Shown: positions 25,075 to 33,550 of the stretch, piece after piece
How positions within the stretch are numbered: the stretch's first letter is position 1
How the letters are laid out: every line of letters begins with the position of its first letter
Assembly (NCBI GenBank): GCA_021847065.1
Contig: JAJZVR010000001.1
Coordinates: forward strand, 1 to 41,402
Direction: 5' to 3'
Length of the DNA: 41,402 nucleotides
Origin: Planctomycetota bacterium
Lineage (GTDB): Bacteria; Planctomycetota; Phycisphaerae; WQYP01
The notes under the pieces: model-generated
Told to the model about the DNA's origin: nothing
Databases searched by the model: none
What the model saw: the letters and a program-made list of their open reading frames with translations, nothing else
Translations under genes and position numbers: made by a program

Positions 25075-27291
25075 TTACTCCTTGATTCTCCGCACGATAT
25101 TCGTCGGCTCGCCGGTGCCAGCCGGGCCGAGGTACGTGGTCTCAAATTGTTTCCGGCGTGCCGCCAGGCGGCGGTCGGCTTCGACCACCGGCAGAGCGAA
25201 GGGAAGCTTTTTGCGCCGTACGTTCGTCCAGGCCCGTGCTCCCTTGGCGGATATCTTCGCCGGTGCAACCGTCGGCGTCGTGATCGGCACTGGCGGGTCG
25301 ATGCCGATACGCACCACCGCATGGCGGTCTGGTTGGGCCGACAGAAACTGGGAATACCGGAACAACTGCTCCTCTGGCGACCGAAACTGCGGCGGTAGTG
25401 CCTCCTTGCCCACCATGGGCACGAGCATGGGCGCACTGGTCACCCCTTCCGAGGTGGACTGTGACGTGGTGTGCCCGCCGCCGTATGTTTCCGCGTTACC
25501 CGTCGTGGAGCTTTCGCTCGTGGTGCGACTCTCGCCGCGTTGCAACGACACTGAATCGCTTTCACCGTCACTGGCCGATTCGCTCATACCGCTCGAGTGC
25601 GATTCACTGCGAGCATGTGCATCTTGCTCCGCCCGGGCGGAACTTGTCGAGCGGGTGGCTGCCACACCGGTCGATTCGGATTCACTGTCGCTTGTACCGG
25701 TCGCTGCCGATGTCCCCATACTGCGATTCAGCGTCGGAAACTCGCCTTCTTCATCACGGTACGCGGCATCGAACGTGTGCGTCGGTTCCGCTCCGACGAT
25801 TTTCAGCATGGCCTCGGAATCGCCGGCAAGCTGACGGTTCTCGCTCGTGCTATCGCTCCGCTGGTGGGCATGGCCGGCGGCACGGCTCACCGTGGTTCCC
25901 GCGGCTTCACTCTGGGCGGTGCTTTCGGCATGGCTCTGACTGTGCCCGTGAGACAGTCCTGCGTTCGTGCCGATTGAGCGATTCCGCTGGCTGCTGTGCG
26001 ACACGCCCACCGATTCGGTCTGGCCGTGACTGACGCCGGAGGTAGTACCGCTGGACTCCGTGGTGCTCCAGTTCTCGGTGTCGGCAACGCCTTGGCTCGT
26101 GCTGTGACTGGTGCTGTCGTGGTATTCCAGCCTGTAGCCGAGCACTTTTGTAGTGTAATGCTGGTGCTTTACCTGATCCACGTCCACATTGTTGCGGAAC
26201 AGCCAGGGGGTCATGAGGTCCAGGTCGGCCGGGTGGCCGGTCTGAAATAGCACCTGGGTGGTGGTATTGCTGATGGCGGCGTTGAGGACTTGGCGACCGC
26301 CCGGCCCCAGGTCAAGGAGTTGCTGCGGACTTTGATGGGCCATGATGAACCCAACATTCATGCCCCGCAGTTGTGCCAGTGATTGGGCGATGACCGGCGA
26401 GATATATTCCTGAAACTCGTCGATGGCAACGATGAAGCGCCGGTGCATTCGGTCGCCTGAACGTTTACCCCGGTGCTTGGCGGCACTCCAGACTTCATTG
26501 ACCAAGAGACTGCCGACCACAGCGGCGTCTTCTTCGGCGATTTTTGATCCTTCGGTAGACAGCGCCGCCAGGACGATGTGACCTTGTGCCAAGGCCGAGC
26601 GCATATCAAGCGACACGTCACTCTGGCTGAAGGCAAGGCGTAATGCTTGCGTGGAAAGAAATCGTCCCAGCCGATTCATGGTTGATTCCAGTTCTTCCTG
26701 GAACGCCGCCTCGGTCAGTTTACTTGCGACGATCCACACACTCTTGGCCATGGCATCTTCCACCCGGAGCGCCAACGCGGAACGGATTTCCCGACTGCGG
26801 ATGATGTCGAGCGCTTCCAACAGCGTGCACTGGGAACTATACAGCGTTGCCAGGAGCGTCGTGAGCCACTTTGTCAGACGCGGTGTGTCGGTGGCATCAG
26901 CTTGCTTCCAGCCGTGCAAGATGGCGCGGACGGCGGCATGAATCAAGGGTGCCGGATCATCTTCCGGCTGGGGCCGCAGGATATGGAGCGAGCAAATCCA
27001 GTCGCTACGGAGGTCAAGGGGAATCACCGGGAAATTGTCAAAACCGCTGGCCGCCATCCAGGAGACGAGCGACTCATACAGTTCGGCATGAGGATCAATG
27101 AGGAGTAATCCTTCCCGTGTCCAGGGCCAGCGGCGGATCAACTCCCGCAGCGTGTGCTCCAGCAGTTTTGACTTGCCGCTGCCGCTTTTGCCGCAGATAT
27201 ATGTGTGACGGTTGAGTTGGTCGAGCGGTAGGCCGACGGGATTGCCACTGGTGTGATATCCAAGAACAATGTCATTAGAAATACTGTTCAC
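25075..27291 (-). CDS. TraD/VirD4-like P-loop ATPase, copy 2, with ~230-aa low-complexity insert
   Basis: Walker A YICGKSGSGKSKLLE. Walker B RRFIVAIDEFQEY. MNVGFIMAHQSPQQL. Residues ~391-620 are Ser/Thr/Gly/His/Glu-rich low complexity. Structured basic C-terminal tail. Confidence 0.88.
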   Translation of the reverse strand: MNSISNDIVLGYHTSGNPVGLPLDQLNRHTYICGKSGSGKSKLLEHTLRELIRRWPWTREGLLLIDPHAELYESLVSWMAASGFDNFPVIPLDLRSDWICSLHILRPQPEDDPAPLIHAAVRAILHGWKQADATDTPRLTKWLTTLLATLYSSQCTLLEALDIIRSREIRSALALRVEDAMAKSVWIVASKLTEAAFQEELESTMNRLGRFLSTQALRLAFSQSDVSLDMRSALAQGHIVLAALSTEGSKIAEEDAAVVGSLLVNEVWSAAKHRGKRSGDRMHRRFIVAIDEFQEYISPVIAQSLAQLRGMNVGFIMAHQSPQQLLDLGPGGRQVLNAAISNTTTQVLFQTGHPADLDLMTPWLFRNNVDVDQVKHQHYTTKVLGYRLEYHDSTSHSTSQGVADTENWSTTESSGTTSGVSHGQTESVGVSHSSQRNRSIGTNAGLSHGHSQSHAESTAQSEAAGTTVSRAAGHAHQRSDSTSENRQLAGDSEAMLKIVGAEPTHTFDAAYRDEEGEFPTLNRSMGTSAATGTSDSESESTGVAATRSTSSARAEQDAHARSESHSSGMSESASDGESDSVSLQRGESRTTSESSTTGNAETYGGGHTTSQSTSEGVTSAPMLVPMVGKEALPPQFRSPEEQLFRYSQFLSAQPDRHAVVRIGIDPPVPITTPTVAPAKISAKGARAWTNVRRKKLPFALPVVEADRRLAARRKQFETTYLGPAGTGEPTNIVRRIKE

Positions 27292-27342
27292 GTTGATTCT
27301 CCATGGCTACGGTTAGGTGCAAGACCGATACCTCTCCATGAT

Positions 27343-27585
27343 TCATAATGTTTTAGCCGCTAATCCATTGGTCATCTTTTCAATAAGTTCGGCTCGCCGG
27401 TCTTCCGCCGCTACCTCTCGGCTATAACTCTCTTCCCCTCGGTCGGCCCACATTGTGCACCGATGTGCATGTCGTCTCGTGATTGTGGTAACTATTTCGC
27501 GACCACGTCGCGTGAACCAATACCACGGGCACTTCTGCGGCTTTCCTTTTAGATATCGTAAAAAGGTGGTACTTTTTCGATTCAT
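27343..27585 (-). CDS. small basic hypothetical protein
   Basis: 80-aa ORF from MNRKSTTFLRYLKGKPQKCPWYW, lying between the NYN gene and ATPase copy 2. The longer track ORF (to 27699) would overlap the NYN 3' end. Confidence 0.4.
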   Translation of the reverse strand: MNRKSTTFLRYLKGKPQKCPWYWFTRRGREIVTTITRRHAHRCTMWADRGEESYSREVAAEDRRAELIEKMTNGLAAKTL

Positions 27586-27661
27586 AATGCACCTCTGGTC
27601 GTTCGGCACCATGTTTCCTGGCTTACTCCATATGCCTCTCGAGGTATAGCAATATCCTTGC

Positions 27662-28357
27662 CTACGCAGCAGGAATATCTCCAGCGTGCGGGCGGCCATA
27701 TATTTTGTCCGCGATCTGCGGTTGCGCTTGATTGGTGGCGGAACGGCTGAAAATGCCTTCCAGCGAAGGGTCGGGATGATGGTCTAAATTGTTGATTAGT
27801 GAAGCCATGTGCAGGCTATATGTCACCGCGTCACGAACATCGCGTGACGTATGGGTGATGTGCCACTTTCCGGCAGCATCGGTATATGCAAAATCCCAGC
27901 CGAGAAGCAGTATTCTCACGCCGGCGGCAGTGCATTTGCGTACGAGTGAAATATGATCGGTATCGCCGGCATACAGGGCGATCACGTCGACCTTATTGTT
28001 CATAACTAATTCGAAAGCTTCGAGAGCTAGCAAAGAGTCAATGCCTTTTTCTTTGCCGTCCACGAGCGGCAGATAATGGGTGGCTATATCAGTCTTGATG
28101 AGGGCATTATCTAATTCCCACTCCGCGGCAACATCGGTATGCGGGTACATCAAGCGGCCACGAAAATAATGACCTTGAACCATGAGGCAGTTCATCTCGG
28201 CTACATGTTCACGCGCAGCAACTTGTTTCCGGACGAAATTTTTCAGACCGGAAAAATGCAGCGGCGACCGTCGCGGATGCACTTCGGTGTAGAACTGGTT
28301 AACCTTTGCGTCATAGCCGCCATCGATAAACAGGCTGATTCGGATATGGTTCTTCAT
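27662..28357 (-). CDS. NYN/LabA-like (PIN-related) domain protein
   Basis: ISLFIDGGY, EKGIDSLLALEAFE and VDVIALYAGDTDHISLV match the acidic-residue layout of LabA-type NYN domains. ATG 28357 is preceded by GGAGGTG. Confidence 0.78.
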   Translation of the reverse strand: MKNHIRISLFIDGGYDAKVNQFYTEVHPRRSPLHFSGLKNFVRKQVAAREHVAEMNCLMVQGHYFRGRLMYPHTDVAAEWELDNALIKTDIATHYLPLVDGKEKGIDSLLALEAFELVMNNKVDVIALYAGDTDHISLVRKCTAAGVRILLLGWDFAYTDAAGKWHITHTSRDVRDAVTYSLHMASLINNLDHHPDPSLEGIFSRSATNQAQPQIADKIYGRPHAGDIPAA

Positions 28358-28360
28358 GTG

Positions 28361-28388
28361 ACACCTCCAAAAACTTTCACGGAGGTGT
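28361..28388 (-). promoter_or_regulatory. SD-sequestering hairpin in the NYN gene leader
   Basis: The mRNA reads ACACCUCC-GUGAAAGUUUUU-GGAGGUGU-CAC-AUG, an 8-bp perfect stem that buries the Shine-Dalgarno sequence. A third complementary segment CGGAGGU lies upstream (forward 28490-28496). Confidence 0.4.
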
Positions 28389-28504
28389 ATCGGTCGACGC
28401 CCATGGAAACCTTGCGCCGCGACCTAACCCATGTTAGGGTATGGCCGGGCCGCAGTGTACGAACTGCGATCCAAGGGGTCGGAGTTACTACCTCCGATTT
28501 CCAA

Positions 28505-28534
28505 CGCCGTCGGGATAATCCCGGCGGCGTTTTT
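28505..28534 (+). terminator. intrinsic terminator on the plus strand inside the NYN / HTH intergenic region
   Basis: CGCCGTCGGGA-TAA-TCCCGGCGGCG (11-bp stem including one G-U) followed by TTTTT. No annotated plus-strand gene lies upstream of it. Confidence 0.55.
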
Positions 28535-28668
28535 AAATGCCGCTGACTATGTTTGACGACAAAGGTATAGTACGTAAAGTAGGTAGATTGAAATTTGCCA
28601 GAGAGAGCAAAAACATTGTTTGAGAACGCAATATTTGAAGCTAGATTGTTCGCTTCTGACCGGCTATT

Positions 28669-29739
28669 GTGTTTGTCATGTATAGCGGATTTCCAATTGG
28701 AGTGACGGCCGTGGGTAGCCAGCGACAATATGAGCCAGCGATCATTCCCACCATGGTGCGGGTGGCGAGAGAGTTTAACGCCTGGCGACATGAGAAATGG
28801 CGAGATCGTACATTTCAGAAGGTCGCGGAAATGACCAAACCAATCGGATCAAAACTCTATCCGCGCGAATTGGAAACGGAGAAGCCAAAACATATCAGTG
28901 CCTCCCGCCTGTGCCGTCTCGCTGCCTGGGCAAATCCTCACGATCAAGACCGAGACCGCGCCGTGATGCCGCAACGGCATGAATTGCCCATTCTCGCTGA
29001 AGTTATGGGGACAACATTCGAAAAACTTACCCAGTTACCGAGTCCCTCTGTAGTAATTAAGCCCGACACATCCGCTGATATAGAACTTCAAGTGACATTT
29101 CGCACCCTGTTGTCAAAACATCTTGCAAATAGTTCCGAATTATTGGGGTGGGCTGAATTCCTGCCGTGTTCCCTGGAAACACCGGATTTCATGCGGCAGC
29201 ATCATCAGTCAATATTTACGCCCTTGTATGACGGCGACCGAGAAGGTCTACAGAAGGTATTGAAAGAATACGACGAATTGGGCGATATACGGCGCGCGGA
29301 ACTACAGAATGCCGGCTCTACTCGGCCATGGAAATTTTCAAATTTGCTATTCAAATCAGACTTTTTGCAGGTCGTGCAATCGCCCAGAACAGCATCGCAA
29401 TACCGCTACTGCACCAAATCAATACGCCGGGCATGTTTAGATCAACTGGCCAGTTTTGTTGGCAATCCAACGTGGAAAGTGACGCTTGCAACCGTTCTGG
29501 ATGCGAAGGCTTCGAGACTGAAAGCTCGCCTGCGGGATTATGATTCATTGGTTATTGTCATCGGACACAACGGAGAAGCAACGTTTGGCTGGAAACGTAA
29601 CCACCGCGGCGAGCTTTGGTTTACTGAACGGCCAGTGGAACTCAAGAAAGACCAGCAACTGCTTGAGACATTACGGCGACGAGCCACAGTCTACACCGCA
29701 GCAAACCTTCAGCAGATGAAGAAGCGTTTGACACGATAG
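28669..29739 (+). CDS. HTH regulator with DUF5753/Scr1-like C-terminal domain (tentative)
   Basis: N-terminal XRE-like HTH segments (TFQKVAEMT ... HISASRLCRLAAWA). The central AEFLPCSLETPDFMRQ resembles the IPGLLQTxxYA motif of DUF5753 regulators. Start is uncertain (GTG 28669, ATG 28678, ATG 28753). Confidence 0.6.
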   Translation: MFVMYSGFPIGVTAVGSQRQYEPAIIPTMVRVAREFNAWRHEKWRDRTFQKVAEMTKPIGSKLYPRELETEKPKHISASRLCRLAAWANPHDQDRDRAVMPQRHELPILAEVMGTTFEKLTQLPSPSVVIKPDTSADIELQVTFRTLLSKHLANSSELLGWAEFLPCSLETPDFMRQHHQSIFTPLYDGDREGLQKVLKEYDELGDIRRAELQNAGSTRPWKFSNLLFKSDFLQVVQSPRTASQYRYCTKSIRRACLDQLASFVGNPTWKVTLATVLDAKASRLKARLRDYDSLVIVIGHNGEATFGWKRNHRGELWFTERPVELKKDQQLLETLRRRATVYTAANLQQMKKRLTR

Positions 29740-30102
29740 CGATAATTCACTGGGACAATAGCAGACACTGACAGCAACATGTACAGCTTGCCGTTAAAAA
29801 TGCTTGTCGTATCATTATCGTTTTAAATTCTCGGGGTGAGGAATTTAATATGCTGTGCAGCCTCGTGCGCGTGAGTACGTCCACCAACTCTGCGCAACGG
29901 CGGATAGTTGTCGGCTGAAAGTGAGCGCAGTAAAATATAATGAATCGCCGAGGGAATGACTGAATGTGGCAACTGAAGACGATTGAGTGTAAAGCCGAAT
30001 GCGGCTTTAGGCGTCAGTAAAGGCCAGGCGGAACTATGTCTCCCCCGGAACGACGCTCAACGGATCGGTTGCGGTGCCACCCGCTTTGTTCATCGAATCG
30101 GC

Positions 30103-30876
30103 ATGGAGGAAAAGTTGAGTACGCCGATCCCTCAACTCTCCTCCCTCTTACTGAAAACCAAGGGCCTTCCCGCCATTGGTCCTACGGTTTCGTTATGGCT
30201 TAACCTTGTCGAGTCGGAGACAGAGTTTTTGGCGCTGTGTACCGCGCTGCGCGGGATTCCGGCGAACTGGGTGGACTGGGCAGAAGACATTGTCAACCAG
30301 AGGATCGCTCGCGGCGTAATCGTGTTGAAACCATTGCCTTATCGGTTGGCTATATTGCGGAATGGTATGGTCAACCTCCAAGAATGCAAGTACCTTGTGG
30401 ATGCGATGGAGAATGCTCTGCGAGTGGAGGCTCTTGAGCACGCGCGAAAGGTGAGGATTGAGCTAGGTGATATCACGCATCGCCTGCCCGACTTTTCCAA
30501 ATACAACCCAGCTCCTACCACACTTCCAGCATGGATCGCATCAAGCACATTCTCTCATCTGACCGAATTGTTTACTCGGAATTGGACCTATGTATGGATA
30601 TCTTTCGTGCCGGGCAAGGTGAGAGTTCCGGGCTTTTGGCAGGTATTTCAAGATAATAAGCACTGTCGTGACGTTAATCAATTTCGAAGGGCAATGGCCT
30701 CCGCAAGACGCTACCGTAATGACATTGCGCATACGAGAAGGCTGTTTACATTCACAGAAATTCAGCATCTGTACAATGATATGTCTAACTGGTTTGAAGC
30801 AATGCACTTGGATATTGGCTCGCGGGTAAAGAACTATCGAAGTGTGCGACCGAAGTTTCTTGATGGCCTCATGTAG
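30103..30876 (+). CDS. HEPN-domain protein (Swt1/DUF4145-like, Rx4H motif)
   Basis: C-terminal ARRYRNDIAHTRRLF contains R-N-x-x-A-H (Arg codon 30715-30717, His codon 30730-30732), the Rx4H signature of HEPN RNases. Start is ATG 30103 or TTG 29983. Confidence 0.7.
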   Translation: MEEKLSTPIPQLSSLLLKTKGLPAIGPTVSLWLNLVESETEFLALCTALRGIPANWVDWAEDIVNQRIARGVIVLKPLPYRLAILRNGMVNLQECKYLVDAMENALRVEALEHARKVRIELGDITHRLPDFSKYNPAPTTLPAWIASSTFSHLTELFTRNWTYVWISFVPGKVRVPGFWQVFQDNKHCRDVNQFRRAMASARRYRNDIAHTRRLFTFTEIQHLYNDMSNWFEAMHLDIGSRVKNYRSVRPKFLDGLM

Positions 30877-31049
30877 CAGAACATCGTAATCACCCGTCCA
30901 GACCATGACGGTAAACGCTTGACAGGTAATTTGCAAACCTGACAATATTCAGTCGGTGCGCAAGTCAAAGCGAGGCCGATGACACTGATGACGCCGCTGG
31001 ATTTATATATGAGAAGTTCATAAATTAGCAAAAAAGGGTTATTCACGCC

Positions 31050-31802
31050 ATGAACAACAAATCAGGTAGAGATTCCCGATTAAATGGTCTTGAGATAGTA
31101 CTCGCGGGCGGGTCTGGCGGTCTCGGTTCCGAGGCAGCGAAGTTGCTGGCTCGCGATGGGGCGAGGCTATTCGTGAGCTATTGTCATAACAAAGGCCGTG
31201 CTGTGGAACTTGAGCGGGAGATCTCTTCCACCCCTAACGCTGAAATCAAGATCATCCGGGCAGACATCACGAAGCCCGCAGATCGGACCCGTTTGCTTGA
31301 TTCAGCACCGAACTTGTATGGCTTGGTCGTGCTTACAGGCATACCCGCACGAGGGGCCGAAGACTGGGAACAGTCACTAAGTGTCAATTACAGCGGTCCC
31401 ATTCGGCTCGCACGCGAGGCCGCCGAGAGGATGCGAATCAAAAAGACAAAAGGGTCGATCATCTTGATGGGAACCTTGCAAGCTGTTCGGGGCTATCCGG
31501 GAATTCCGAACATGGCATACGCAGGTGCGAAGGCCGCGTTAATCCACGCTGGGCGGATTCTGGCGAAGGAGTTTCGCAGCCCAGACGAAATACGAATCAA
31601 CACTATTAGCCCTGGTGCAATAAGGGCGGGAATGGCAAAGAGTAGCATCAATAGCGGTAAGTACAATTTCTGTTTAGTGGAGAACCTGATAGCGCGATTT
31701 GGCGAAGCGAACGATGTCGCGCAAGCTATACGGTTTTTCCTAGAGCCCGAAAACTATATCACCGGCCAAAACATTCTAATTGACGGTGGATTAGGTCTCT
31801 AA
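31050..31802 (+). CDS. short-chain dehydrogenase/reductase (SDR) family oxidoreductase
   Basis: Cofactor motif LAGGSGGLGSEAA, catalytic YAGAKAAL (YxxxK), and C-terminal ITGQNILIDGG. Confidence 0.9.
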   Translation: MNNKSGRDSRLNGLEIVLAGGSGGLGSEAAKLLARDGARLFVSYCHNKGRAVELEREISSTPNAEIKIIRADITKPADRTRLLDSAPNLYGLVVLTGIPARGAEDWEQSLSVNYSGPIRLAREAAERMRIKKTKGSIILMGTLQAVRGYPGIPNMAYAGAKAALIHAGRILAKEFRSPDEIRINTISPGAIRAGMAKSSINSGKYNFCLVENLIARFGEANDVAQAIRFFLEPENYITGQNILIDGGLGL

Positions 31803-31828
31803 TCTTGGTGATCGGAAAGGCTCTATTT

Positions 31829-33040
31829 TCACCAAACATCCACGCGCGGACACTGCCAGTTTTTGATTAACTCCCGCCATGCTTCAGGCGAGTGATCCTT
31901 CATGAATTGACTGGCAGCCCATGCAGCGTAAATGAGGGCGGCATTCTTGTCAGTTTCCTTAAGTGGCTTGTTCGCCCAGTTAAGGCCTGCACTCACGCGT
32001 GCCAGCAAGAACTGGGCCTCAACGGCCCCCTTCAGACTTAATGTATCGGTTTTGTTTGTCCACTTTTCAACTTCTGTCCTGAGACCGCGAATACAGCTAA
32101 GAAGGCAACTGTCCTTTGGACAAACCTCCTGTGAGTCTGTCTCCAAGGCAACAAGCAGGTTGTAAAGGCGTTCCCGCTCAACGAACCGTTCCGGTTCATT
32201 GAGCAGAAGAGACATCTCCAAATACGCGTGATCGTACAGGAGGAATCCCTTGCGTGCCTGCGCGAAATCAATTAGCCAAAAATCTTCTGTGCCGGGCTTC
32301 CTTGGTACCATAATATTGCGCAAATGTAGGTCGCAATGAAGCATTCCTCGAATCGGGTGCAACGGATATACACTCTTGCCCGCGTCTGTATCGCAAAATC
32401 TGAGTGGATTTATCAAGGGCCGCTCAAAAAAACAAAAGACTTGTTTTCTACCCGTGATGCTACCGGCTGTAGCCCTAAGGTTCGCCCCCTGTAGTCGGTG
32501 TCCTGACCATTGCTGTATGAAATCGCGTGCCATTTGCGGCTCGCCTTCATGTGGTGGAGGGTTCCACTCTTCAAGCAGCGATCGCGAGACCGCTCGAACG
32601 CAAGATTCGAGATTGCCAGCATCTTTGGTCTCCGCGGATTCAATCCCTTTCATCGCGTGGCCAGCAATCTCATACAGGAGGGCCACTGTCCTACCCACCG
32701 TTCGGGGCGGTTTTTTAAGAGCTGGCATGTGTTTCTTGGCAAATGCAGAATTCCATTTCCGGGCTTCCTCGTGGTGGTCAGCTTCTGTGGTTTGCTCATA
32801 CTCGGACTGGGAGTCGAGTTTCAGCACAAATTCCCCATGGAGGATTTCTTCTCCCTGTCGGTTACCATTTTCTCCCCCATTACGAGCTACAGAACGTTTC
32901 GCTAGACCGATGGGTAGCACTAGCGCTCCAGTGAATCCCTTCGTAAAACGCTCTCCCAGAAAGTATGCATTCCCCGCGAACCAAGTTTTTTCAAGGTCCT
33001 TAAACAATGGCTTAAATCGTTTTGGAATCGTACTGTTCAA
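31829..33040 (-). CDS. protein-kinase-fold / aminoglycoside-phosphotransferase-like protein
   Basis: Gly-rich loop GFTGALVL, VLKLD lysine, catalytic loop HCDLHLRNIMV (HxDxxxxN), and metal-binding LIDFAQA (DFG-like). The only start is TTG 33040, overlapping the stop of an upstream 51-aa ORF. Confidence 0.85.
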   Translation of the reverse strand: MNSTIPKRFKPLFKDLEKTWFAGNAYFLGERFTKGFTGALVLPIGLAKRSVARNGGENGNRQGEEILHGEFVLKLDSQSEYEQTTEADHHEEARKWNSAFAKKHMPALKKPPRTVGRTVALLYEIAGHAMKGIESAETKDAGNLESCVRAVSRSLLEEWNPPPHEGEPQMARDFIQQWSGHRLQGANLRATAGSITGRKQVFCFFERPLINPLRFCDTDAGKSVYPLHPIRGMLHCDLHLRNIMVPRKPGTEDFWLIDFAQARKGFLLYDHAYLEMSLLLNEPERFVERERLYNLLVALETDSQEVCPKDSCLLSCIRGLRTEVEKWTNKTDTLSLKGAVEAQFLLARVSAGLNWANKPLKETDKNAALIYAAWAASQFMKDHSPEAWRELIKNWQCPRVDVW

Positions 33041-33192
33041 TTCCAGCCTCTTTGCCGTAAAAGGGCTTGTCTCACGATCCGCTGAAAATGGAGAGCAGCA
33101 CTGGTAAACGATAGGTTAGCCAATTTGATGCGTTCTTTACGCACATCGTCTTTTGCAAAGAGTTTAGCAAACAACCGTTGTTGGTTTACCAT
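33037..33192 (-). CDS. 51-aa basic helical ORF translationally coupled to the kinase-fold gene
   Basis: Hand-translated as MVNQQRLFAKLFAKDDVRKERIKLANLSFTSAALHFQRIVRQALLRQRGWN. ATG 33192 is preceded by AAAGGAG at 9 nt. Its TGA overlaps the kinase TTG (TTGA). Too short for the ORF track. Confidence 0.35.
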   Translation of the reverse strand: MVNQQRLFAKLFAKDDVRKERIKLANLSFTSAALHFQRIVRQALLRQRGWN

Positions 33193-33550
33193 GGATAATT
33201 ACTCCTTTGTACCCTCTACAGATCGACCACGACATAACCCATTCTTGACCCTTTGGCATCGCCCAAACAGATAAAATTGACTTACAATGCATGATATCGC
33301 TCTGGACTTCTCGTGTCAAAAAATTCTTTCGGCTGTCTTATACGTTATACGCGAAGTCAACCACCGGTAATAGGCCAAGGCAGTCAATTGCCCTTGCGGC
33401 TTGACGAGCCGGTACAATCAAGGATGCGGTAGCGGATTACCCGTAGTCCTGTTCTGGTTACATTCCATCTGGTTTGCTCCCAGAGGCGATGTGCAATTGG
33501 AACGCATGCGGCCTGCCGGGAAGACCGTGCCGCTGCTTTCTCCGGCACTG

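Noticed and set aside
24667-26033. Long plus-strand ORFs (24667..25398, 25082..25834, 25398..26033, 25597..25977) antisense to the ATPase and coiled-coil genes.
   Set aside because: These are typical stop-codon-poor antisense frames in GC-rich, low-complexity coding DNA. Their products are Arg/Ser/Cys-rich nonsense, whereas the minus-strand genes have Walker motifs and tight operon spacing.
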